DNA of 64,000 bases from an uncultured Candidatus Saccharibacteria bacterium (GCA_964536135.1 CAZHVM010000001.1:29268-93267); one strand, 5' to 3'; counted from the stretch's first letter, positions 9,798-19,489 are shown. The notes: generated by a model not told the origin, from the letters alone. Made by a program: numbers and translations.

Positions 9798-11384
9798 TTA
9801 CTTTTTTACTATCTTTTTCTCAAAATTTCTTTTTCTTCTTTCGCTTTGTGTATCTTGTATAGATATGGAGAGTTTGTTTAGGCTATTTTGAACTCTCCTG
9901 AAGCCTGTATCTACTCTGTGTAGATTGAATCCTAGAAGGAGTAGAACTATTCCTGCAACAATCTTCGCAACTGTACTGTCAAAGAGTCCTGTTTGAGGTA
10001 TATCTTGAACACAGTCAACTTTTACTTCTACACTGTCAGAGAAGTTCTCTCCAGTTGTTGGGTATGCTGTCGCTGTATTGATGTATGTCCCAAATGCTGT
10101 TTTAGGAATGACTAGGGTATATGTGTATGTCTTTTCTTGGTCTGAAGTAAATGTCTCTTCTTCGGCTTCCAATTCCCATGTAATATTTCCACTCCCAAAG
10201 AGTCCATCTTCAGAGATTGTTCCAGTTATGTACGAAGCAAGGACTTTGCTATCTAGAGTGTCTACTATCTTATCTATACTTCCAGTACCAGTCCCGGTAT
10301 TTTTTATTTTAATGGTATATATTATCTGGGCATCTCCATTCTCTAGGCATTGTTCTGCTCCTGTTTTAGTTATCGTCCAATCTGGATTTTGTTCTTCCGC
10401 AAGTATACTGAAGGTCGTTGTCAGGGTACAATTTGTACTTGTTGCACCTTTTTTGTCTTTCCAATTTAGATCAAGGGTATATGTTCCAACTGGTAAACAA
10501 TTTGTAGCAGTACTAAGTGATTCTGATAAATCTACTGCTGTAGTAGTTTCATTAGTGAAGGATACTGTTGACCTTGCTGTATTGTTTAATTTTGCCACTA
10601 CAGATGTTTTATCTATACCATCTTTATCTTTAGCTTTCGCAGTATATGTTATTGGGTCACAGTATTTGTAACTACCGGTTGGTTTAGTTAACCATTCCCC
10701 ACTATCACAGGTATTGGAAGAAGTGTCAGGGTTACAGTATCTGTATATCCTTGAGGGATTGTTACAATCCTTATGGTATACGGTACAGTACCCTCCTCGC
10801 GTATATCCACCGGGTAATACACCATTCCAATCTACCGAGGTTCCAGCATCGGAGCCTGAACTACAAGCAGGAGGAGTACAGGTTGTAGGAGGATTCCCAT
10901 TACAAATTGCGCTGTATTGTCCACCGCATTTAGAACATGTACATGTATCACTCATTAATACTTCTGGCCATTCACACGTTTTATCACAAGTCCCTTCTTC
11001 TGGATCTTCAGGGTTATCATCTTTTACACACTTTCCATAGATTCCAGGAAATACACACCTAGCTTTACCATTAACACAATCAACTACTTCTTCCTGTACA
11101 TCAACGTATTTAAAAGATTTTCTACAAGTAAATGTACTCCCTGTACAGTCACTAATTAGCGTATCAGTACAAGAACGTGGCTCACACTTCCACCCAGCAA
11201 CACAACCGTCTTGTTGCGAGCAACATGCTCCAACCCCACCACCAGCTTCACTATCTGTAGGTGCTACAGTATCTGGTTGATTAGTTCTCCATAGTAGATA
11301 TCCTCCACTACCTCCAAGTATTAATACAAAAATAACAATTATTATTATCTTTAATTTCTTTGTTAGTTTTAATCTAATAGCCAT
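9798..11384 (-). CDS. Cys-rich surface protein with DUF11-like Ig domain and LPxTG-like (IPQTG) + TM tail
   Basis: N-terminal TM, many Cys, IYTIKIKNTG..IVDTLD motif, DIPQTG then hydrophobic helix and basic tail. Confidence 0.7.
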   Translation of the reverse strand: MAIRLKLTKKLKIIIIVIFVLILGGSGGYLLWRTNQPDTVAPTDSEAGGGVGACCSQQDGCVAGWKCEPRSCTDTLISDCTGSTFTCRKSFKYVDVQEEVVDCVNGKARCVFPGIYGKCVKDDNPEDPEEGTCDKTCEWPEVLMSDTCTCSKCGGQYSAICNGNPPTTCTPPACSSGSDAGTSVDWNGVLPGGYTRGGYCTVYHKDCNNPSRIYRYCNPDTSSNTCDSGEWLTKPTGSYKYCDPITYTAKAKDKDGIDKTSVVAKLNNTARSTVSFTNETTTAVDLSESLSTATNCLPVGTYTLDLNWKDKKGATSTNCTLTTTFSILAEEQNPDWTITKTGAEQCLENGDAQIIYTIKIKNTGTGTGSIDKIVDTLDSKVLASYITGTISEDGLFGSGNITWELEAEEETFTSDQEKTYTYTLVIPKTAFGTYINTATAYPTTGENFSDSVEVKVDCVQDIPQTGLFDSTVAKIVAGIVLLLLGFNLHRVDTGFRRVQNSLNKLSISIQDTQSERRKRNFEKKIVKK

Positions 11385-11385
11385 A

Positions 11386-12528
11386 CTAACTAAACATATT
11401 CTTTATATTATCTATATTAACAATATCCTTAATCATTATAAATAGTACAAGAATCATTAATAAAATAAAACTAGTATTTATTATAAGACTCTCGACCTTT
11501 TCATTAAGATCTTTTCGAAATATACCCTCTATCATTAAAATTAAAACCCTTCCTCCATCTAATGCAGGAATTGGAAGAATATTAATAATTGCAAGTGACA
11601 AAGAAAGATCTGCCATGATACTTAGGAAAGTAATAACTCCGAACTGTTTAAAATAATCTATGAGAAAATATATACCAACAGGTCCCGAAACAGAATTAGA
11701 AAGATCTGAGTAATCTCCTGTCTGTTTGGCTTGCTTAAACATATCTCCCAATCTGTCAGATATCAAAAGCAGTGTGTTTATGACATGTGCAAAACCAGAA
11801 AACACTTTGTTATTCTCGTATGAAAGAATTACATAGTAGTTAGAACTCAGTGAGATACCAATTGTTCCCTCCTCAGTTACATTCACCTTATAATCATTAC
11901 AGGCATCCTCTACACAGATATTCATCTCTACACTTTCACCCTTGTATTGTGCAAGAAGAGATTTAATCTCGTCTGAATATTTAAGCTCTACTCCTCCAAT
12001 ATCCTTTATCTGTCCATTTGCAGGGATTTCTGCCTTGTATGCATTTCCACCTTCTACAACTTCAGCATATTCTACATCCCCCACTATCTCTCTGGTCATT
12101 GTTCCACCAACAGGACTAAATCCTTCAAAATCGTTTGAAAGAGGTATCTTCCATCCCACTGAGGCAATAACAATGAAATATACTGCAACACAAAAAAGTA
12201 TATTCATTGTAACACCTGCGAGCATTACAGCTACCTGTGCTATCTTTGGTTTGTTGTTAAGATTCCCTGGATCATCCTTTATCTCTTTGTGATTTCCAGG
12301 ATCTCCATCACCCATTATCTTTACAAATCCACCAAGAGGAAGAATTCTAATACTGTACTGTGTCCCCTTGTACTTTTTTTTAAAAAGTACTGGGCCAAAA
12401 CCCAAGGCAAACTCATATACCTTTGCTTTAATTGCTTTAGCTACTAAAAAGTGTCCAAGCTCGTGAACAAAGGTCAGGACTCCAATTACAAGGATAAACA
12501 GGAGAATATTTAGAAGTATGGACAGCAT
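11386..12528 (-). CDS. rseP: RseP-like M50 intramembrane zinc metalloprotease
   Basis: HELGH, LGGFV and NILPIPALDGG; located in the rpsB-tsf-frr cluster. Confidence 0.9.
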   Translation of the reverse strand: MLSILLNILLFILVIGVLTFVHELGHFLVAKAIKAKVYEFALGFGPVLFKKKYKGTQYSIRILPLGGFVKIMGDGDPGNHKEIKDDPGNLNNKPKIAQVAVMLAGVTMNILFCVAVYFIVIASVGWKIPLSNDFEGFSPVGGTMTREIVGDVEYAEVVEGGNAYKAEIPANGQIKDIGGVELKYSDEIKSLLAQYKGESVEMNICVEDACNDYKVNVTEEGTIGISLSSNYYVILSYENNKVFSGFAHVINTLLLISDRLGDMFKQAKQTGDYSDLSNSVSGPVGIYFLIDYFKQFGVITFLSIMADLSLSLAIINILPIPALDGGRVLILMIEGIFRKDLNEKVESLIINTSFILLMILVLFIMIKDIVNIDNIKNMFS

Positions 12529-12544
12529 ATTTAAAATATACAGA

Positions 12545-13090
12545 TTATATAGTTAGAAGATCTTTTTCTTTTTGGTCCTTCATCTCTTCTATTTTTGTAT
12601 TACTCTCTTTAACAACCTTTTCAATTTCTTCCCTTGCCCTATCTGCTTCGTCTTCGGAAAGTCCAGATACTTGCATATCGTCTAATTCCTTCATATATTT
12701 CTGTCTTACCTGCCTTACAGCTACTCTTCCATCTTCTATCCTTTCTTTCATTACCTTAACATATTCTTTCCTTCTCTCTTCTGTTAAATCTGGGATCTTC
12801 ACTAGGATTCTGTCTCCATCTCTTGCAGGAAGAAAACCCATATTAGCGTTAGTTACAGCTTTTGAGATATTGTCTATAATACTTTTATCCCATGGTTGAA
12901 TGGCAATAGTTTTAGCATCTATTGCGATAATGGTTGCATAGTTTCTAATAGGTGCCATTGTCTCATATGCATTTACAGGTATCTCCTGAACTAGTTCAGG
13001 AGTTGCTCTACCTGTTCTAATCTGAGAAAGTTCATCACCTAAATGATCTAGGCATTTTTGTATATCAACTTTAAAGAGATCTATATCCAT
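12545..13090 (-). CDS. frr: Ribosome recycling factor
   Basis: IRTGRA, IQPWD, PDLTEERRKE. Confidence 0.97.
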   Translation of the reverse strand: MDIDLFKVDIQKCLDHLGDELSQIRTGRATPELVQEIPVNAYETMAPIRNYATIIAIDAKTIAIQPWDKSIIDNISKAVTNANMGFLPARDGDRILVKIPDLTEERRKEYVKVMKERIEDGRVAVRQVRQKYMKELDDMQVSGLSEDEADRAREEIEKVVKESNTKIEEMKDQKEKDLLTI

Positions 13091-13161
13091 ACGAAATTAT
13101 GTAAATATATTATTTACAAATTGTATATCAACTGAGGGGTATTGTCTAGAAAGGCTTTCGG

Positions 13162-13875
13162 CTATTTTCCGAACTCCCAAAGGAGCATTCTTCTGACTTC
13201 GAGAGGCTCTCCTAATTTCTGAGTCGCCTCATCAAGAAGATTAGAGATTGTCTTAGATTCATCTTTAAACCATTTTTGCTCTAAAAGACACTTCTCAGAG
13301 TAGAATTTGTTTAACTTACCTTCTACTATCTTCTCTCGGATGTTTTCTGGTTTTCCTTCACTCTCCGCTTCCTTCTGAAATATATCTTCAAGTTTTGCTA
13401 ATTCTTCCTCAGAGACACTATCTTTAGAGATATATTCTGGCTTCATAGCTGCAATCTGTAGGGCTAACTCATGTGCAAATATCTTGAAATCTTCATTTCT
13501 AGCTACAAAATCTGTTTTGCATTTTACTTCTACTAAGGCTACCAGTCTCTGCTCTTTACCGTGTACATATGATTCGATTATTCCCTCTCCTATTTCTTCT
13601 ACTTCATCTCCAATTGGTTCATTCCACCCTCGCTCATTAATTAAAACTACTGCTTTTTCAAAATCTTTCCCTGCCTCATCGTATGCTAATTTACAAAGGC
13701 CAATCTTTGCACCAGTTAAATTTCTCAATCTGCTAATTACATCGCTTCTTTCATTGATATATTCAATGGCTTTTGCCATATCTCCTTCGCTTTTGGTCAA
13801 TGCTTCCTTACAAAGCCCCATACCTGCAGATGTTTTGTTTCTTAAAGTTCTGATATCGTCTACTGAGATATTCAT
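13162..13875 (-). CDS. tsf: Elongation factor Ts (short type, duplicated N-terminal domain)
   Basis: LR..T.AG...CK.AL present twice; EG.I.SYVH and C.TDFVARN. Confidence 0.95.
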   Translation of the reverse strand: MNISVDDIRTLRNKTSAGMGLCKEALTKSEGDMAKAIEYINERSDVISRLRNLTGAKIGLCKLAYDEAGKDFEKAVVLINERGWNEPIGDEVEEIGEGIIESYVHGKEQRLVALVEVKCKTDFVARNEDFKIFAHELALQIAAMKPEYISKDSVSEEELAKLEDIFQKEAESEGKPENIREKIVEGKLNKFYSEKCLLEQKWFKDESKTISNLLDEATQKLGEPLEVRRMLLWEFGK

Positions 13876-13894
13876 AGCAGTAAATATTTTTAAA

Positions 13895-15028
13895 TTATCT
13901 TAAAGATTTTAAAATCTCTTGTGCAGCTTTCTCTCCAATACCCTTAATTTCCTGTAAACTCTTTTCATTTTTCCCAGAAAGATCGCTTATTGTATTAATT
14001 CCTTCCTCTTTTAATGCTTTAAGAATTCTTGTCGAAAGACCTAAATCTTCAATCTGTTTTGAATCCGCTTCTTTCTTAGCTTCTTCTGCCGCTACTATGT
14101 CTGCAGTTATATCCTTTTTAACAACTCTTACAACTGTTCCTTTTGATTCTGCAATTTTTCCTTCTCTAAGTGCCTTCATTCTCTCCCTCTCCTCGTTTGC
14201 CATTTTCTCTTCTCTTTCTTTTTTCTCCAAGAAGTTTCTGCTCATTCTATCTAATACTGCCTCATGATCTCTTCTTAGAGCAACTAAGGAATTACCATAT
14301 TTGGAATTCCCGATTACCTCTCCAAGGACATTCATAATTAGAGTTATACTCTTTAGAGAGTCATCGTTTGCAGGTATTGAGTGTGTAATTAAGTCTGGGT
14401 TACTGTTTGTATCTACCATTGAAATGATTGGGATACCTACTTTGTTAGCTTCTCTTACTGCAATTTTTTCTACTTTACTGTCTATTACAATGATAGCTAC
14501 AGGAAGTTTGTCCATGAATTTAATCCCTTTGTAAATCATGTTGAGTTTTGCAATTTCTTTTTCCATTAAAAGAACTTCTTTTTTAACAAGATCTTTACCA
14601 CCCTGCGCAATCTCCTCTTCCATCTTTACAAGATTTTGGATACTTCTTCTTATGGTTTCAAAGTTTGTAAAAAGACCACCTGGCCATCTTCTATTTACGT
14701 AGAAAGCACCCTTCTCTAGTGCAATGTTTTGAACTATTGAAGCTGCTTGTCCTTTTGTACCAACGATTAAGATATTCCCTGTATTAGAGAGTTTTTCTAA
14801 TTCTTCTACTGCTTTTTTAAGCAATTCTTGTGTTTTAACAAGGTCTATGATGTGAATCCCGTTTCTTTCCTCGTAAATATATTGTTTCATTCTTGGATTC
14901 CACGCACTTTTCTTGTGACCAAAATGGCATCCTGATTGAAGCAATTCTATTAACTCTGGGAATTTAACTGTAGAGACTTTGTTTTGAGTCTTTGTCTCTT
15001 CTACGACTTTTTTTGCTGTTTTTTCCAT
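13895..15028 (-). CDS. rpsB: 30S ribosomal protein S2 with C-terminal coiled coil and HhH domain
   Basis: GCHFGH, WNPRM, RWPGG.FTN, DTN, PANDD; ~120-aa extension. Confidence 0.96.
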   Translation of the reverse strand: MEKTAKKVVEETKTQNKVSTVKFPELIELLQSGCHFGHKKSAWNPRMKQYIYEERNGIHIIDLVKTQELLKKAVEELEKLSNTGNILIVGTKGQAASIVQNIALEKGAFYVNRRWPGGLFTNFETIRRSIQNLVKMEEEIAQGGKDLVKKEVLLMEKEIAKLNMIYKGIKFMDKLPVAIIVIDSKVEKIAVREANKVGIPIISMVDTNSNPDLITHSIPANDDSLKSITLIMNVLGEVIGNSKYGNSLVALRRDHEAVLDRMSRNFLEKKEREEKMANEERERMKALREGKIAESKGTVVRVVKKDITADIVAAEEAKKEADSKQIEDLGLSTRILKALKEEGINTISDLSGKNEKSLQEIKGIGEKAAQEILKSLR

Positions 15029-15118
15029 ATTTTTCCTTTTATTAATATCTCTGGTGGGTGATATCTATATCATCCAGGAATTGTTCAGAGATATATGAGA
15101 TATATATTAAACGTTAGG

Positions 15119-15147
15119 ATTATACAAAGAGAATGAGGAGAATGCAA
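15119..15147 (-). promoter_or_regulatory. Sigma70-type promoter of the rpsB-tsf operon
   Basis: TTGCAT-N17-TATAAT on the minus strand, ~90 nt upstream of rpsB. Confidence 0.7.
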
Positions 15148-15244
15148 GGTTTTACTTGCACTTTATATTGAGAAAAAGCTTGTAAGCGACAGTATCGCCA
15201 CCCCCAATTAAGTGAGATGGCGACTTGTCAAAGGGATACCCTTC

Positions 15245-15327
15245 CTAAGAAGATGGACTTGCACCATGTAGCATACTGCCCTAGAACTATCGTATGGAGA
15301 GCTTCTACCAACTCTCAACCTTCTTAG
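15245..15327 (-). ncRNA. tRNA-like cloverleaf element (8-bp acceptor / 4-bp T-stem)
   Basis: CTAAGAAG/CTTCTTAG outer stem, GAGAG/CTCTC arm, CATAC/GTATG arm, ATGG-TGCAAGT-CCAT T-arm; folded by eye. Confidence 0.45.
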
Positions 15328-15413
15328 ATATTGAAGCAAGGAACAGTCTTATGACAAAAGTCTAAAAAGACTGTTCCTTGTGAGGGGGATGCATCCCTCT
15401 ATAATTGTGAATG

Positions 15414-15623
15414 TTACTGCTGGGTCGTGTGAGTATTATCAACTGTCCACCCACCAGAGGGAGAAGGATTTAAATCAGAAGATGTTCTTTCTGAGTTTCC
15501 ATTTCCATCATTACTCCAATGAGTGACATGGGCAGAAGTACCGCCACATCGATCATCACCAACGACCTCTTGCCGACTCCAGTTGGAGCCTGATTTCTCT
15601 TCACCAGTTGCACGGCCAGGCAT
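15414..15623 (-). CDS. Small hydrophilic orphan protein (69 aa)
   Basis: Strong SD AAAGGAGG 6 nt before ATG, upstream TTAACA-N17-TAAAAT promoter, hairpin after stop. Confidence 0.6.
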   Translation of the reverse strand: MPGRATGEEKSGSNWSRQEVVGDDRCGGTSAHVTHWSNDGNGNSERTSSDLNPSPSGGWTVDNTHTTQQ

Positions 15624-15731
15624 AACAATCCTCCTTTAAAAGAACCCAACATGCTCGTCATGTTGTTTATAATGACTATTTTACTCCAGAAAGAGAGAAA
15701 TGTTAAGTATTATCAAGCCAGAATAGCCAAT

Positions 15732-16364
15732 CTAAGTAATGCTTTTCCACGCCTCTCCCCCAATAACAATATGATCTAGTAGTTTAATACCAACAAGATC
15801 TAATGCTTCCGAGAGCCTTTTTGTGAAGAGTATATCTTCTTCACTTGGACTAGGATCTCCAGATGGATGGTTATGTGCTATTACTACCAAAGCTGCATTT
15901 AATTCTAGTGCTGGCGTTATGATATCCCTTGGTAACACACTAACGATATCCAACGACCCCATACCCACTACCCTCTTATCTAGTACCTCAAACCTAGAAT
16001 TAAGAAAAAGCCCAACTACATACTCCTGCTTTTTACTACCAATATCTCTTAACAAACCATACGCATCTTCAGAATCCTTCACAAAACTCCTCTCACTCCT
16101 ACACAATCCATATACTCTTCTTCCCAACTCCATGCCTGCAAGAATACGCATTGCCGTTACAATTCCAACCCCCTCTACTCCATCGATATCTTCAATACAT
16201 ATCTCCTTACCATTACTCACAACCTTACGTATTCTCTTTACAATACTCCTTGAGATTGAAAGGAAATCTTTCCCTTTTACACCAGAACCAACCAATATTG
16301 CTACCAATTCTGTATCACTAAGACTATCTATCCCTCTCTCAAGGTATTTCTCTCTCGGAAGCAT
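15732..16364 (-). CDS. radC: RadC family JAB-domain protein
   Basis: PREK...G..SLSD.EL.AIL and HNHPSGD..PS..D, LLDH. Confidence 0.95.
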   Translation of the reverse strand: MLPREKYLERGIDSLSDTELVAILVGSGVKGKDFLSISRSIVKRIRKVVSNGKEICIEDIDGVEGVGIVTAMRILAGMELGRRVYGLCRSERSFVKDSEDAYGLLRDIGSKKQEYVVGLFLNSRFEVLDKRVVGMGSLDIVSVLPRDIITPALELNAALVVIAHNHPSGDPSPSEEDILFTKRLSEALDLVGIKLLDHIVIGGEAWKSIT

Positions 16365-16409
16365 GTATATATCATAGAAGACATATATGAAATTACTCTG
16401 AATTCTTCT

Positions 16410-17249
16410 TTAAATTCTTGTCCTGTTTACTTTTTCTCTTTTAGAATGTTGTTCTGTATGTTTTTGGTAATACCCTCGAACTTTTTTCTTGTAATTATCT
16501 CCATTCATTTTGAAATATTGAAAAATTTCTAAGTAATACCTTCGAGGTATATCGGATGGCGTATTATAGCCCTTTTCAAGAAGATATTTCTTAATATATT
16601 TCATCTGTTTTTCTGTAAATATCTTCTTTAAAGTATCAATAACGAATCTATTTGTCTGGTTAAATATGTACGAAACAAAATCCCTGTACAGTTCAAATTC
16701 AACCTCAGGATTTTCCCTCTTTACAATCTTAAGTAAAACAATATCTACGCTTGGGACTGGACTGAAATCATATCTATCAAGTTCTTCTACGATTGAGAAT
16801 GTGTATCTTGAGCTTAGAATAGTGGCAATCTGGGTATTAAATGGTTCTCCTAGAAATCTATCTGCCGCTTCTTCTTGTACGAAAAGAAATGCTTCTATCA
16901 AGCTAGAGTCTATGGCCGTTATCTTATTTATAATCTCGGATGTTAACGCAAATGGTATATTACTAAATATTTTGAAATCTTTCGTAGGTAAGTTTGTAAG
17001 AAGAAAATCATCATTTATGAGTTTAATCGGAAGAGAAGAAAGATTCTTGGTTAGCTCTCTAAAATACTTTGTATCTAATTCAAAAGCCGTTACATTATCT
17101 GAATATTTGGATAGTTCTTGTGCTATTACCCCTTTTCCTGCACCAATATCTAATACTATGTCATCTGAGGAGAAAGAGGCATTTTTAACCATCTCCTTGA
17201 GATGATTAGCATTTTTATAGAAATTTTGTGAATAACAGATATCTACCAT
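16410..17249 (-). CDS. rRNA adenine N6-methyltransferase, Erm/KsgA family (Erm-like)
   Basis: SQNF, DIGAGKG, FELD, SNIPF and F.P.PSVD motifs. Confidence 0.85.
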   Translation of the reverse strand: MVDICYSQNFYKNANHLKEMVKNASFSSDDIVLDIGAGKGVIAQELSKYSDNVTAFELDTKYFRELTKNLSSLPIKLINDDFLLTNLPTKDFKIFSNIPFALTSEIINKITAIDSSLIEAFLFVQEEAADRFLGEPFNTQIATILSSRYTFSIVEELDRYDFSPVPSVDIVLLKIVKRENPEVEFELYRDFVSYIFNQTNRFVIDTLKKIFTEKQMKYIKKYLLEKGYNTPSDIPRRYYLEIFQYFKMNGDNYKKKVRGYYQKHTEQHSKREKVNRTRI

Positions 17250-17256
17250 CAACAAA

Positions 17257-19389
17257 TTATACCACCTTCTTTTTCTTCTTAGCCTTGAAACTCTTCTTAA
17301 TATATTTACACTTTGGGTATGTACTACAACCTATGAATGTTTTACCCCATTTACTCCTTCGTTCTACCAAATTACCACCACACTCTGGACATTTCTCCTT
17401 GAGAAGTAATGGCATCGTCCCTTTACACTCTGGATATTTCTCACAAGCCCAGAATTTACCATATTTGCTATTTTTGAGTAGTAATTTACTACCACACTTT
17501 GGACATTTATCTGGCTTGGCATACTTATTGAAATCTAAACTCTCCTCTCCACCAGAAAGATCTTTCATTCCCTTACATTCAGGGAATTTGGAACATGTTA
17601 AAAACTTACCATATCTTCCGAGTCTCACTAGCATTTCAGAGCCACAGATTGGACACTTCTCTTTGGATTTAGAAAGTATGACAATATCTTCCTTATTTAC
17701 ATCCTTAAGAGCTTTTTCTATCTCTGCAACAAGTGGCTTGTACTGCGCATCTATTACTGGAATATATTCACTCTTACCATTGGCTATATCGTCTAATTCA
17801 TCTTCTACCTTAGCAGTATATTTGTAATCTACTAATCTTTTGAAATTATTTCTTAAAAGATTTGTAACAACCCTTCCAACATCTGTTGGTAAAAGTGCCT
17901 TATCTTCCTTTGTAACATATCCTCTACTTTGTATTGTAGAGATAATGGTTGCATATGTAGAAGGTCTACCAATACCCAATTCTTCAAGCTTTTTAACAAG
18001 TGCAGCCTCTGTATATCTAGCTGGAGGTTGTGTAAATTTCTGTTCTTTTACAAATTTATCCCACTTAAGAATATCTCCTTTTGCTATCTTTGAAACTTCC
18101 TGCAGATCACTATCTCCCTTTCCACCACCAAGTGCTCTTCTGAAACCGTCAAAGAGTGTTTTCTCTCCACCAAGGGTAAATGTATACAGAGGTTTCTTTT
18201 TATCTTTGCTTTCTATATGTATTGTCAATGTCTCTGCTTCTTTCTCTTTCATCTGAGAAGATATTGCTCGTCTCCATACTAGATCGTAGAGTTTGGCTTC
18301 TGCAGGACCGAATTTAGATTCAATTTCTGCTTTTTCAAGGTTTAGATCTGTTGGTCTTATAGCTTCGTGTGCTTCTTGTGCATTTTTACTTCTAGTTTTG
18401 TAGTAATTTGGTTTCTCTGGAAGATATTCCACACCATATTTGTTCTTTACTAATTCTCTTATTCCATCTATTGCTTTTGAACTTAAATTGACAGAATCTG
18501 TTCTCATGTATGTAATTACACCTGCTTGATACAATACCTGAGCTATACCCATTGTTCTTTTGGATGAATATCCCAAGACATTGTTTGCAGACTGTTGTAG
18601 TGTAGAGGTTGTAAATGGTGGATATGCATGTCTTTTAATATTCTTTTTAAGAACATCTACAACTTCGTAACTTCCCTTTCCAAGGAATTCCTCAATATCT
18701 TTTACCTCTTCTGCTTTAGCAGGAATATATTTTTTACCATCTTTCTTTACTAATTTTGCTCTCAGAGTATCCCCGCTTGGACTTGTTGTATCTACAAAAA
18801 ACTCCCAGTATTCCTCAGAGTCAAACGCATCTCTTTCCTCTTCTCTTTCTACAACTAACCTCAAAGCTACAGATTGGACTCTACCGGCAGAAAGACCGTA
18901 CCAAATTTTCTTCCAAACTAACTCTGAAAGTTTGTAACCAACTAATCTGTCTAGAACTCTTCTAGCCTTTTGTGCTTCTACAAGGTTAATATTTATATCT
19001 GAAGGCTTACTTACTGCCTCTAAAATGGCATCTTTGGTTATCTCATGGAATGTGACTCTTTTGGTATTTTTAGCTTTCAGAACTGAATCTACATGCCAAG
19101 CTATTGCCTCTCCTTCACGGTCAGGGTCCATTGCAAGATATACATGGCCCTCTTTTGGAACAGCTCGTTTTAAATCTTGTATTATCTTACCTTTACCATA
19201 TATCGTCTCGAAGAGGGGTTTGTATCCATCTTCTACATCTACTGCCAACTTACTCTTTGGAAGATCAATTATATGGCCTATTGTAGCCATAACTTTAAAA
19301 TCGTCTCCAAGATATTTATTTATGGTCTTCGCTTTTGCAGGAGACTCTACTATTAGAAGGTTTTTATATTTTTTAGTTGATTTTGTCAT
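17257..19389 (-). CDS. topA: DNA topoisomerase I with C-terminal zinc ribbons
   Basis: IVESPAKAKTI, DPDREGE, SAGRVQS, ITYMRTDS; three C4 ribbons. Confidence 0.98.
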   Translation of the reverse strand: MTKSTKKYKNLLIVESPAKAKTINKYLGDDFKVMATIGHIIDLPKSKLAVDVEDGYKPLFETIYGKGKIIQDLKRAVPKEGHVYLAMDPDREGEAIAWHVDSVLKAKNTKRVTFHEITKDAILEAVSKPSDININLVEAQKARRVLDRLVGYKLSELVWKKIWYGLSAGRVQSVALRLVVEREEERDAFDSEEYWEFFVDTTSPSGDTLRAKLVKKDGKKYIPAKAEEVKDIEEFLGKGSYEVVDVLKKNIKRHAYPPFTTSTLQQSANNVLGYSSKRTMGIAQVLYQAGVITYMRTDSVNLSSKAIDGIRELVKNKYGVEYLPEKPNYYKTRSKNAQEAHEAIRPTDLNLEKAEIESKFGPAEAKLYDLVWRRAISSQMKEKEAETLTIHIESKDKKKPLYTFTLGGEKTLFDGFRRALGGGKGDSDLQEVSKIAKGDILKWDKFVKEQKFTQPPARYTEAALVKKLEELGIGRPSTYATIISTIQSRGYVTKEDKALLPTDVGRVVTNLLRNNFKRLVDYKYTAKVEDELDDIANGKSEYIPVIDAQYKPLVAEIEKALKDVNKEDIVILSKSKEKCPICGSEMLVRLGRYGKFLTCSKFPECKGMKDLSGGEESLDFNKYAKPDKCPKCGSKLLLKNSKYGKFWACEKYPECKGTMPLLLKEKCPECGGNLVERRSKWGKTFIGCSTYPKCKYIKKSFKAKKKKKVV

Positions 19390-19489
19390 TTTTATTCGCA
19401 TCCTAAAAATACAGTATATATTCTACCATTGTCAAACATGTTTATATTTATTACACACCCAAGGAGCATATCTCTACCATGTACAAAGA

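Noticed and set aside
15414-15623. RiPP (graspetide) precursor for the ATP-grasp cluster
   Set aside because: It lies 17 kb away, has no recognisable leader or repeated core, and the ligases are not of the graspetide type.
15470-15661. 63-aa alternative ORF overlapping the 69-aa peptide
   Set aside because: It has no SD and starts within the leader hairpin; the perfect SD is spaced for the ATG at 15623.
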